Origin: Candidatus Eiseniibacteriota bacterium
GTDB lineage: Bacteria > Joyebacterota > Joyebacteria > Joyebacterales > Joyebacteraceae
NCBI GenBank assembly: GCA_043819135.1
Contig: JBDRFG010000013.1
Location: 1-56,957 of the forward strand
Direction: 5' to 3'
DNA: 56,957 nucleotides
Below are positions 8,610 to 17,527 of this stretch, in pieces. Both the position numbers and the translations under genes were made by a program. The stretch's first letter is position 1, and each line of letters opens with the position of its first letter. Under the pieces are notes generated by a model. It worked only from the letters and a program-made list of their open reading frames with translations, made no database searches and was not told where the DNA came from.

Positions 8610-11207
8610 TCAGTACGAGTCCGGTGGACCCTCCGATACCCAGACGTCGCCGGTCAGGTCTTGTCGCGAGAACACGAGCAGTCGAGCCTCCTGAGACAGA
8701 TCGAACAACCCGGAGGCTCTCTCCGTTCCGAACACGACCTCCGGTTCGAGGAGCTCGGCCTCACCGGTTTCCGGAGAGACCGTCCAGAGCGACCTGCGGT
8801 CCTCTCCACAGGTCGCCGCAGCGAGGATCGTTCCGGTGGCAGCGTCCCATCGAACTCGCGTGGCGTCCACTCCGTCGGTCAGCTGCCTGGCGGGCGCTCC
8901 TCCGTCCGACGGAACTACCCAGATCTCATCGCGGTCGTCCGTAGAACCCACGAACGCTATCTCCGAGCCGTCGGGAGACCACACGGGAGAGGCGGCTGGT
9001 ATGCGACCGTCGGTCAGCCGGCGGGGCTCGCCCGCGGGCTTGCCTTCGTGCACGGGAGCGATCCGCACGTCGCGGATCCCGGCCCTGCTTGATATGAAGG
9101 CCAGCATGCTGCCGTCGGGCGACCAGGCAGGATGGACGTCCTGTCCCGGGCCATCGGTGAATTGGACAGGCCGCCCAGCGCCCGTGGGGATGATCCAGAT
9201 GTCCCGCTTTCCCTCGTTAATGAGGTAGTACGCGATCCATCGCCCGTCGGGCGAATAGGAGGGGTGGGATGCGCTCCCTTCCTGGTCGGTCAGCCGCCTG
9301 GGAGGGCCCGACGGAACGCCGTCGTCCAGTAGCTGTTCGGCCAGCTCACCACGCCTGTCCCACCGCTCGGAAACGAACACCATCCGGCTCCCGTCAGGAG
9401 ATATCGACGCGAGCACTATTTGCCTCATCCGACCTATGGTGGTCTCCTTCCCCGTATCCAGATCGACGAGGACAGCGCCCGAGCCCGGATTGCCGGTGGA
9501 GTAGGCGAGCCTGGACCCGTCCGCGGACACGCTGGGCTCCGACTCGTAGCCGGTTCCCTGTGTCATGCGGCGGGGCTCCCCGCCCCTGCTCGACACGCGC
9601 CACAGGGCCAGGGTGCCATGGCGCCAGGAATCGAAGTAGACGTAGTCGCCATCGCTCGACCACGCACACTCTGTTCCACCGCTCCTGTTCCTCGTCAGCC
9701 GACGCGGCGCGCCCCCCTCTGCAGAGACCGTCCAGAGGTTGGCTTGCCCCGAGTAGCTGAGGATCCTGCCGTCAGGTGACCAGGCCGCTCCGACATGGTC
9801 CCACAGGCCGTGATCGCCCGTCGTGAGCATTGTCGCGTCCGAGGGGTCGTCGAGCGAGGCCACCCAAATGCGCAGTTCACAGGAGTCGCCGGGTCTCGAG
9901 AAGGCGATCCTGGCGCCATCCGGAGAGATCGCCGGATACTCCGCGTCCTCCAGCAGGAGCGTCGCGCCTCCACCGAACTGTCCCACTTCCCACACGCTTC
10001 GCAGTCCGGTGCGGTCGGACACGAAGGCGATCGCCGCTCCATTGGGAAGCCACGTCGGCGCGAAGTCCATGGCAGGATCGGTGGTCAGCTGCAGGATGCG
10101 TCCACCCAACACGTCGGTCACGTACAAGTCGGAATTCCCTGACGCCACGGAAACGTACGCTATGCGCGTTCCGTCAGGCGATATCGCCGGCTCGCCCTCC
10201 CACTCCTCTCCGCTCGTCACCTGCATGGGGATCCCTACCGCCATTGGCTTCTCGGCACTGAGCCTGCTGACCGTCCATAGCGCGGCGAGAGCCACGACGG
10301 CCGCCGCCGAGACGATCGCCGCGATGCGCAGGTTGCGCTCCTTCGCGCGCGCGAACCACCACGTCTCCGTTCTGCTCTCGTCGCTCAACTCGAGTTCACG
10401 GGCCAGCGCGTGGAGGTCCTCGACCATCTCGCTCATGCTGGCGTAGCGCTTGCCCACCCTCTTTTCGAGCGCCTTCGCAACGATCCCGGACAGCTGCGGC
10501 GGTGCGGCGGGGGCAACCTGGGACAGTTGATCGGGCCGGTCCTGCTGTATGGCTCGGATGACGGCGCGCTCTCCGTCCCCACTGAAGGGACGTCGACCAG
10601 AGACCATCTCGTAGAGGAGGACCCCGAGCGACCAGATGTCGGCCCGCTCGTCCACCTCCTCGCCGCGCGTCTGCTCCGGGGACATGTACGCGACCGTACC
10701 AACCGCGTTCCCGCTCTTCGTGAGACTGCTCTGTCCGGCGAGCTTCGCCAGGCCGAAGTCGACGAGCCTCACGTGCCCGCGCTCGGACACCATGACGTTC
10801 CCCGGCTTCACGTCGCGGTGCGTGATGCCGGCCTCGTGCGCGGCCACGAGCCCGCGCGCGATCTGGAGGCCGAATCTTATCGCCTCCCCCGGCGAGACCG
10901 GCCCCCTGCGGATGATGTCTTTGAGCGTGTCTCCCTCGTAGCAGGTCATGCAGATGAAGACCTGGCCATCGTCGGTCTCATCGATCTCGTGGATCGTGCA
11001 GATGTTCTGGTGCTCGAGGGCGGAAACGACCTGCGCCTCGCGAAGGAAGCGTTCCCTTTGGAGGTTGTCGCCGGTCAGATCCCTGGAGAGGAACTTGAGC
11101 GCGACCGTGCGGCCGAGCTTCGTGTCGGCGGCCTTGTAGACCACGCCCATACCGCCCTCGCCGATCTTCTCGAGGATCGTGTAGTGGGAGATCGTCTTGC
11201 CGACCAC
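8610..11207 (-). CDS. Membrane Hanks-type Ser/Thr kinase with extracytoplasmic TolB/PD40 beta-propeller repeats
   Basis: GTG start at 11207 after GGAGG; GEGGMG, VALK, HRDVKPGN, DFGLA, GTVAYMSPEQ; one TM helix; many P.WSPDG..IA repeats. Confidence 0.92.
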   Translation of the reverse strand: MVGKTISHYTILEKIGEGGMGVVYKAADTKLGRTVALKFLSRDLTGDNLQRERFLREAQVVSALEHQNICTIHEIDETDDGQVFICMTCYEGDTLKDIIRRGPVSPGEAIRFGLQIARGLVAAHEAGITHRDVKPGNVMVSERGHVRLVDFGLAKLAGQSSLTKSGNAVGTVAYMSPEQTRGEEVDERADIWSLGVLLYEMVSGRRPFSGDGERAVIRAIQQDRPDQLSQVAPAAPPQLSGIVAKALEKRVGKRYASMSEMVEDLHALARELELSDESRTETWWFARAKERNLRIAAIVSAAAVVALAALWTVSRLSAEKPMAVGIPMQVTSGEEWEGEPAISPDGTRIAYVSVASGNSDLYVTDVLGGRILQLTTDPAMDFAPTWLPNGAAIAFVSDRTGLRSVWEVGQFGGGATLLLEDAEYPAISPDGARIAFSRPGDSCELRIWVASLDDPSDATMLTTGDHGLWDHVGAAWSPDGRILSYSGQANLWTVSAEGGAPRRLTRNRSGGTECAWSSDGDYVYFDSWRHGTLALWRVSSRGGEPRRMTQGTGYESEPSVSADGSRLAYSTGNPGSGAVLVDLDTGKETTIGRMRQIVLASISPDGSRMVFVSERWDRRGELAEQLLDDGVPSGPPRRLTDQEGSASHPSYSPDGRWIAYYLINEGKRDIWIIPTGAGRPVQFTDGPGQDVHPAWSPDGSMLAFISSRAGIRDVRIAPVHEGKPAGEPRRLTDGRIPAASPVWSPDGSEIAFVGSTDDRDEIWVVPSDGGAPARQLTDGVDATRVRWDAATGTILAAATCGEDRRSLWTVSPETGEAELLEPEVVFGTERASGLFDLSQEARLLVFSRQDLTGDVWVSEGPPDSY

Positions 11208-11393
11208 TGCCACCTCCGCGGAGCGCTGTCTGGAGCAGGACGTCATGGTCCGTGCTAATCCAGCAGTGATTCTAACGGAGAGAGAGTCTTCTGTATAGCT
11301 GACTTGCGACTTTTTCGCGCAGGGCCGAGCGGGCAAGGTGCGGAAACCGAAGCTGGTCGCGACTCTAGGCGGGGCCACGGCGGGACCACGGCG

Positions 11394-13526
11394 CTACTGC
11401 GCGTACTGCAGCTGATAGAGGCGGTAGTAGTAGCCGCGCTTCGCCAGGAGTTCCTGGTGGCTGCCGACCTCGCGGATCTTGCCTCGATGCATGACCAGTA
11501 TCTTGTCCGCGTGTTGGATGGTCGACAGGCGGTGCGCGATGGCGATCGAGGTCCGCCCCTCCATCAGACGCACGAGAGCCTCCTGGATCAGGTGTTCGGT
11601 CTCGGTGTCTATGTTCGACGTGGCCTCGTCCAGAATGAGAATGCGCGGGTCGAACGCGAGCGCCCGGGCGAACGACAGTAGCTGCCGCTGCCCCGTCGAT
11701 AGCGTCACGCCCCGCTCACGGACCTCCTCGTCGTAGCCATCGGGGAGCTTCTCGATGAACCGGTCCGCGTTGACATGCTCCGCGACCTTCCTGATCTCCG
11801 CGTCGGAGATGGACTCGTTCCCGAGCCTGATGTTGCCCTTGATGTCGCCGGCGAACACGAAGACGTCCTGCATGACCAGACCCAGGTGCGAGCGGAGGAA
11901 CGACTTCTCCATGTCCCTGATGTCGACCCCGTCCAGCGTGATGCGCCCCTTCTGTATGTCGTAGAAGCGCTCGAGCAGGCTGATTATCGAGGTCTTGCCC
12001 GCGCCGGTCGCGCCGACTATCGCGACGGTCTCACCTGGCTCGACAGTGAACGAGACGTCCCTGAGCACCCATTCGTCCTCGACGTATCCGAACCACACGT
12101 TCTCGAACGCTATCCGGCCGCGGACCTCGTCGGGGCGACGAGGGACCGCAGGCTCCGGAACCATGTCCTCGTCATCGAGCAGCATGAATATCCGCTCGGA
12201 CGACGCCATCGCCTGCTGCATCGTCCCGTACTGCTGAGCGAGGTTCCTCAAGGGACGGAAGAACATCTGCACGTATGAGAGAAACGCGACAAGCGTCCCG
12301 AGTGACAGCGTCGCCTGGACGACCTTCCCGCCGCCGTACCAGATGACGAGCGCGATGGCCACCGAACTTGCGAGTTCCATGAGCGGCATGAACATGGCGA
12401 AGACTTTCATCTGGCGCATCGCCGCGACGAAGTTCTCGTGGTTGATGCCCGCGAATCGGCGGAAGCTCTCGGTCTCGCGCCTGAAGATCTGCGTCACGCG
12501 CATTCCACTGATGCTCTCGTTCAAGGACGCGTTTATTCGCGCCACTTTGACGCGCACCTCGCGGAACGCGTCGCGGATGCGGACGCCGAAGCTCGCGGTG
12601 ATCCACGCCGTGATGGGCAGGACAATGAAGCTGACGAGCGCCAGACGCCAGTTGAGCCTCAGGAGCACGACGACGACACCGATGAGAATGAACATGTCGT
12701 GCAGGATCGTGATCACGATGGACGTGAACATCTCGTGCAGCACGGCGATGTCGTTGGTCGCGCGCGTGACGAGCCGGCCGACCGGGTTCCTGTCGAAGAA
12801 TGAGAGCGAGAGCTTCTGGAGATGGCGAAGCACCTTCATGCGGATGTCGTACATCACGCGCTGAGACGTGACCTCCATCATGTTGATCTGGAGCAGGGTG
12901 AAGCCGAACGTCAGAGCGAGGAGCACGAGAATGGCGAGCGCGATCTTCGCGACGCCGCGGAGGTCGTCGCCCCTCAGGTCGCGAAGATCTTCCCTCGTAA
13001 GATCGCTGAGCCGCTCCACGGGGATGCCGACGCGCGAGCCGGCGTCCAGGAACCCGGTCCGGTCGAAGGTGCGCGCCTCGAAGAACGCGGCGTCCGCCAG
13101 GTAGTAGCGTCCGTCTCCGACCACGCCGAGTCCGGTCGCCCGCGCCACCTCACGGGGGTCGTAGCCTGACAGGGTCTTCGAGCTTATGAAGTAGCGCCCC
13201 TGGACGCTGCCCGGCACACCGGCAGAACCGTCCCCCGCGGGAGGCGTATCGACGGGCAGCAGATCCTCGGCGTGCCCCGCGATGAACTCGCGCGCGACCT
13301 CACCGCCGTCATCCGCGACAAGGCGCGAGGTGGCCACGATGTGATCGTCAAGCGCCATCCGTGTGAGATACGGGATCGCCAGCTCGAAACACGTCACCAC
13401 GACGAGCATCAGCACGGCCAGGATGACCAGCCTCGCGTACGGCTTGACGTACGTCATGAGCCGCCGCACCAGCCTCGCGTCGTATGGCTTGCCCAGGTTC
13501 TCTTCGTCGTGGTGGTCGTGGGACAT
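11394..13526 (-). CDS. ABC exporter half-transporter (BmrD/YheH-like), TMD plus NBD
   Basis: GATGAGKT, LSTGQRQ, ILDEAT, AHRLST; large insertion after the first TM helices. Confidence 0.92.
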   Translation of the reverse strand: MSHDHHDEENLGKPYDARLVRRLMTYVKPYARLVILAVLMLVVVTCFELAIPYLTRMALDDHIVATSRLVADDGGEVAREFIAGHAEDLLPVDTPPAGDGSAGVPGSVQGRYFISSKTLSGYDPREVARATGLGVVGDGRYYLADAAFFEARTFDRTGFLDAGSRVGIPVERLSDLTREDLRDLRGDDLRGVAKIALAILVLLALTFGFTLLQINMMEVTSQRVMYDIRMKVLRHLQKLSLSFFDRNPVGRLVTRATNDIAVLHEMFTSIVITILHDMFILIGVVVVLLRLNWRLALVSFIVLPITAWITASFGVRIRDAFREVRVKVARINASLNESISGMRVTQIFRRETESFRRFAGINHENFVAAMRQMKVFAMFMPLMELASSVAIALVIWYGGGKVVQATLSLGTLVAFLSYVQMFFRPLRNLAQQYGTMQQAMASSERIFMLLDDEDMVPEPAVPRRPDEVRGRIAFENVWFGYVEDEWVLRDVSFTVEPGETVAIVGATGAGKTSIISLLERFYDIQKGRITLDGVDIRDMEKSFLRSHLGLVMQDVFVFAGDIKGNIRLGNESISDAEIRKVAEHVNADRFIEKLPDGYDEEVRERGVTLSTGQRQLLSFARALAFDPRILILDEATSNIDTETEHLIQEALVRLMEGRTSIAIAHRLSTIQHADKILVMHRGKIREVGSHQELLAKRGYYYRLYQLQYAQ

Positions 13527-13559
13527 CGACTACTCCGTACGCTGTTGCCTGTCCGTCTG

Positions 13560-15317
13560 CTACTCGGAGCTGTCCGAGTCTTCCATCGCCGCCTCGAGGA
13601 GCTGACGTTCGTAGATGTTCGCGTAGAGCCCCGACTGCTCCGTAAGTTCCTCGTGAGTGCCCCGCTCGACGATGCGCCCTTCATCGAGGAGGATGATCTC
13701 GTTTGCGTGTTTGATGGACGAAATGCGGTGGGACACGATGATGCTCGTGCGGTTCTCGAGCGCACTACTCAGTTCCCGCTGGATCCTCTCCTCCGTCGCC
13801 GTGTCCACCGATGACAGCGCGTCGTCCAGCACCATGATGGCGGGCGCGTGCAGGAGGGCGCGCGCGATGGCGACTCGCTGCTTCTGTCCGCCGGAGAGCG
13901 TGACGCCCCTCTCTCCGACCAGCGTATCCAGCCCCGAGGGGAAACTCTCTATCTCGTCGAGTATGCCCGCGACACGCGCCGCCTCGATCACTCGCTCTTC
14001 ATCGGCGTCCGTTGCACCGAACCTGATGTTCTCCCTGATGGTGTCGGAGAAGAGGAACGTGTCCTGCGGGACGTAGCCGATCGAGCCCCGAAGCGAAGAG
14101 AGCGTCAACCCGGTGACGTCGCTGCCGTCTACGAGGACCTCGCCCTCCGTCGCCTCATGGATCCTCAGCAGCAGGTTGCACACCGTGCTCTTGCCCGAGC
14201 CCGTCCTGCCGATCACGCCCAGCGTGTGGCCCTGCGGAACGGCGAAGTTGACGTCAACCAGCGAGGGCTCGAGCCCCTCTTCGTAAGAGAAGGTGACGCC
14301 GCGAAACTCTACCTCCCCCCGCGGGTCGGCGAGCTCGACGGCGTTCTCGTGGTCGGCGATCTCAGGCACGACCTCGAGGATCCTGTTGATCCTGCCCATC
14401 GAGGCCGCACCGCGCTGGAGCACGTTGACGACCCAGCCCATCGCTATCATGGGCCAGGTGAGGATCCCCAGGTAGCTCGTGAACGCCACCAGGTCGCCGG
14501 TCGTGATGTCTCCGAGCATCACCTGCTTGCCACCGAAGTAGATGATGATCACTACGCTCATGGTGGACAGCATCATGATGAACGGGAAGAACGCGCCCCA
14601 CACCCGGACAAGCCGGATGTTGTCGCGGACGTATTCTTTCCCGATCACGGCGAGGCTCTTGAGTTCGTGCTCCTCCTGGGAATACGCCTTGACCACTCGG
14701 ATCCCGGACATGCTCTCGCGCACGCGCTCGGTCAGGGTTGAGAACGTCTCCTGTACCTTCTCGAACCTGCTGTGGAGCATCTTGCCGACGCGCAGTGTGA
14801 AGAGAGCGATTATCGGCATGGGAATGAGGGCCAGCAGAGTCAGCTTCACGTTCAACGCCAGCATGAATCCGATGGACGCTACGCCCAGGACGATGGCGTC
14901 AGTCATCGCCACGATGCCGAACCCGCACGCCATCCGCACCGCGTTCAAGTCGTTGATCGCGTGGGCCATGAGGTCGCCCGTCGTGTGGACGGCGTAGTAG
15001 CTGGCGGAGAGCCTCTGCAAGTGGCTGTAGAGGTCGTTCCTGATGTCCTCTTCGATGTGGCGGGACGTCCCGATGATGAAGAACCGCCAGAAGAACCTGA
15101 GAACCGCTATCCCTGCCGCGAACGCTACGATGCGAAGCCCGTACGAGAGCAGGTTCGCGTTTCCGGCGCCCAAATAGGTCAGATCGTCGACGGCCCGTTT
15201 GATGATCCTCGGAATGATGAGCTGCATCCCGTCTACGAAGAGCAGGCAGACGACGCCGGCCACGACGGCCCACTTGTATTTTGCGAAGTGCTTGAGCAGA
15301 TGCTTGAGGTTGCCCAT
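13560..15317 (-). CDS. ABC exporter half-transporter (BmrC/YheI-like), TMD plus NBD
   Basis: Start MGNLKHLLK after GAGG; GRTGSGKS, LSGGQKQ, degenerate Walker B VLDDAL typical of heterodimeric exporters. Confidence 0.92.
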   Translation of the reverse strand: MGNLKHLLKHFAKYKWAVVAGVVCLLFVDGMQLIIPRIIKRAVDDLTYLGAGNANLLSYGLRIVAFAAGIAVLRFFWRFFIIGTSRHIEEDIRNDLYSHLQRLSASYYAVHTTGDLMAHAINDLNAVRMACGFGIVAMTDAIVLGVASIGFMLALNVKLTLLALIPMPIIALFTLRVGKMLHSRFEKVQETFSTLTERVRESMSGIRVVKAYSQEEHELKSLAVIGKEYVRDNIRLVRVWGAFFPFIMMLSTMSVVIIIYFGGKQVMLGDITTGDLVAFTSYLGILTWPMIAMGWVVNVLQRGAASMGRINRILEVVPEIADHENAVELADPRGEVEFRGVTFSYEEGLEPSLVDVNFAVPQGHTLGVIGRTGSGKSTVCNLLLRIHEATEGEVLVDGSDVTGLTLSSLRGSIGYVPQDTFLFSDTIRENIRFGATDADEERVIEAARVAGILDEIESFPSGLDTLVGERGVTLSGGQKQRVAIARALLHAPAIMVLDDALSSVDTATEERIQRELSSALENRTSIIVSHRISSIKHANEIILLDEGRIVERGTHEELTEQSGLYANIYERQLLEAAMEDSDSSE

Positions 15318-15411
15318 CTGGTCCTCGGGCTGGGCCGGAGAATCACTCGGAGTGCGCGGGACCGGCGGTGCGCGCGAGCTCCACGTGGCGCACCGGCTCC
15401 GGAGTGCGCGC

Positions 15412-15446
15412 AAAAACGGCCCCGCACCGTTCCGGGCGTGCGAGGC
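15412..15446 (-). terminator. Terminator-like hairpin inside the ABC exporter 5' leader (possible attenuator)
   Basis: GCCUCGCAC/GUGCGGGGC 9-bp stem followed by CGUUUUU, between the promoter and the start codon. Confidence 0.5.
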
Positions 15447-15485
15447 GTCGGTCGGCTCATGTCACGCCGAGCACCGAATTGCCGC

Positions 15486-15514
15486 ATTCTATCGGCGCGC
15501 AGGCAGGGTGTCAA
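15486..15514 (-). promoter_or_regulatory. Sigma70-type promoter for the ABC exporter operon
   Basis: TTGACA-N17-TAGAAT. Confidence 0.75.
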
Positions 15515-15562
15515 GCAAGCGGCACTCGCCTCGGGAATCACGACTTTCGTTCCTTGATTCGG

Positions 15563-15573
15563 TGTGGTATAAT
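15563..15573 (+). promoter_or_regulatory. Extended -10 promoter
   Basis: TGTGGTATAAT, about 90 nt upstream of the ATG at 15666. Confidence 0.55.
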
Positions 15574-15665
15574 AGCGTCGGTTGGCGATGGTGGAGGATC
15601 GTTGCGGCCCGCTTGTATGTGCACGGTGCTGCGTGTGGAACGCGCCAGAGAGAAGGGAGGGTTGC

Positions 15666-16250
15666 ATGAGGGCAGTTGCTATGGCGTTGCTTGTGCTCCT
15701 GTTCGCAGGCGCTGGGGCGGCGTACGCCAACCCCATAGTCGGGGAATGGATGTACGTTGACTTCGATCCGCCGGACTTCGTTCACTCGGTATACCCGGAT
15801 CCTTACAGCACGGTCGACGCCTACATAATGCTCGACCTCACCATGTCGGGCGAGCCGGGCTTCACGGCGGTCTCGTTCCGGCTCTCAATTTCGCCCGACA
15901 CGGCGATCGACCCGAGCTTCACGAGCCTGCTCACCGGCGGTCCGGTCGTCGGTACGTGGGACACGGGCCTCACCCTTGGGGCGACCGAGTGCGTCACGAC
16001 GTTTCCGGCGCCCGTCGGCCGCTTCACGTTCACCTACGGTGGAATACCAGGTGATGTCGCGATCGTCGATCATCCCGACTTCCCGCGCTGGGTGGTCGAC
16101 TGCAATGTCGAGGAGGGCCAGGTATTCTACTACTGTGTCTACTCGTTCGGCGGCGTCGGCAAAGAGACCGACGTCGGACCGTCGGGGGACTGCGGTGGCA
16201 ACCCTGTCGAGAACGAGACTTGGGGCTCCATTAAGTCGATGTACAAGTAG
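15666..16250 (+). CDS. Secreted hypothetical protein ending in PVENETWGSIKSMYK
   Basis: GGGAGG RBS; signal peptide MRAVAMALLVLLFAGAGAAYA; beta-rich body; short Trp-Gly-containing tail. Confidence 0.85.
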   Translation: MRAVAMALLVLLFAGAGAAYANPIVGEWMYVDFDPPDFVHSVYPDPYSTVDAYIMLDLTMSGEPGFTAVSFRLSISPDTAIDPSFTSLLTGGPVVGTWDTGLTLGATECVTTFPAPVGRFTFTYGGIPGDVAIVDHPDFPRWVVDCNVEEGQVFYYCVYSFGGVGKETDVGPSGDCGGNPVENETWGSIKSMYK

Positions 16251-16273
16251 AACGCCATACGAGGGTAAGTAGA

Positions 16274-16311
16274 GAGCGGCCACCTGACCCCTTGGGATCG
16301 GGTGGCCGCTC
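16274..16311. terminator. Strong GC hairpin, probably a bidirectional terminator
   Basis: GAGCGGCCACC (16274-16284) pairs with GGTGGCCGCTC (16301-16311). Confidence 0.6.
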
Positions 16312-16323
16312 GAACGCGACGCA

Positions 16324-16543
16324 GGACATCACCGTTCGCCCGGCATAGCAAGGAACTGCCTCCCGCAGTCCCCAAACGCGGCGAGGGGGGAGTCCGGTCC
16401 CGGCAGCGTGCCGGTTCCCTCTTCCCCTCTCATCCTGAATGGAAGCCCTCTTCAGGGCTGCCCCCCGGCCCCTTGCGGGACCGCTCGAGGACGTCGGCCG
16501 CAGACGCCAACTCAACCCGCGACTCAGACGAATAGCGGATGCT
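16324..16543 (-). ncRNA. Candidate ~220-nt structured ncRNA with raiA-motif-like architecture
   Basis: Lies between convergent genes; upstream TTGACA and downstream hairpin; 5' and 3' ends pair (UUCGUCUG/CGGGCGAA, with G-U pairs only on the minus strand); at least five internal hairpins including GCAA and GAAG loops. Confidence 0.6.
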
Positions 16544-16547
16544 CACA

Positions 16548-16577
16548 CAACTACAGCAAGATAGCCGTACTTGTCAA
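16548..16577 (-). promoter_or_regulatory. Putative promoter for the ncRNA
   Basis: Perfect TTGACA at 16577-16572; the -10 is imperfect (TGTAGT or TAGTTG). Confidence 0.45.
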
Positions 16578-16662
16578 TGGAATTGTCCGTCATTATTGGA
16601 CTTATCCGTCGAATCTTCGTTCTTCCCCTGGTGGACCGTCGAGTGTGCCGCCGGCCGACCGA

Positions 16663-17397
16663 CTACCTGGAGGAGACGATCACGTAGTCCGTGTAGAAGA
16701 TGTGCATCACGCCGTTACGGCTGATGAGCGCCAGCTTGATGTCGACCTCCCCGGTGTGCCGGCGGAGAAGCCTGAAGCCCTCGGGTGTGGGCTCGAAGGC
16801 CTTGTCCAGCTTGATCCTCTTGACCGGGAACGGAGGGTCCGCGACCTCGCCGATGATCCGTACCAGGCCCAGGCTTCCGACCTCGACCCACACTTTGCCG
16901 TCGAAGTGCTCGGCGTCGCGCTCGGTGGCCGTGACCGCCAAAAGGTAGCACCGGCGCCCCTCCATGTCCTCGACGCCGGTGAGAAAGACATCGTACTCGC
17001 CCGAAAGGAGCTCGGGACCTACGAGACTGCTCAGCGAGTACTTCCCCACGGGGTGGCCCAGGTTCGAGTAAGACTCCTCGCGATGCATGCCTTCATCGCG
17101 GTGATAGGAGAGCACGGCCAGTGCCCCCTTCTCCCCACCGTCCTTCGTGGGCTCAACCATCTCCTGCTCCACGCGCAGCGTCTCTATCGCCGCCATCGCG
17201 CGGTTGATGTTGGCGTTGTACCCCTCGAGCACCTCCTCGAGACTCAGCATTCTCGCGGAGTCCGCATCGGCGGTCTCCGCCGATCGCGCGATGGAGGGCA
17301 ACAAGATGGCACACAGAAGAGCCACCGCCGCCCAGCGCACTACGCGGGCGGAATGAGCGGCCCGGCAGCAACCAGTTGCGTGATGAGGATCTCCCAT
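16663..17397 (-). CDS. Exported hypothetical protein, possibly LolA-like beta fold
   Basis: Hydrophobic signal-like segment; beta-rich body (GRRCYLLAV, FDGKVWVE); start uncertain. Confidence 0.7.
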   Translation of the reverse strand: MGDPHHATGCCRAAHSARVVRWAAVALLCAILLPSIARSAETADADSARMLSLEEVLEGYNANINRAMAAIETLRVEQEMVEPTKDGGEKGALAVLSYHRDEGMHREESYSNLGHPVGKYSLSSLVGPELLSGEYDVFLTGVEDMEGRRCYLLAVTATERDAEHFDGKVWVEVGSLGLVRIIGEVADPPFPVKRIKLDKAFEPTPEGFRLLRRHTGEVDIKLALISRNGVMHIFYTDYVIVSSR

Positions 17398-17403
17398 ACG
17401 CGG

Positions 17404-17478
17404 ACTCTAGCCGTGCCGGCCGCACGTGTCAACAGCGGCAGCCCGCGCTTGACGGTGCGGTTCGGGGACGTGCATACT
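17404..17478. promoter_or_regulatory. Divergent sigma70-type promoters
   Basis: Minus strand TTGACA-N17-TAGAGT (17432-17404); plus strand TTGACG-N18-CATACT (17449-17478). Confidence 0.55.
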
Positions 17479-17527
17479 CGAATTCTGGACCGGAGCGCCA
17501 CGTCAGGTTTCAACGGAGACACGTATC

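Noticed and set aside
11208..11378. N-terminal extensions in the ORF track (kinase, second ABC gene, ptsI, maturation protease, glycosyltransferase and others)
   Set aside because: Downstream starts have an RBS and match family N-termini; the extensions overlap promoters or neighbouring genes.
16324..16543. Structured region read as a cobalamin or c-di-AMP riboswitch, 6S RNA, tmRNA, RNase P or SRP RNA
   Set aside because: There is no downstream gene to regulate, and the hallmark motifs of those families are absent or only fragmentary.
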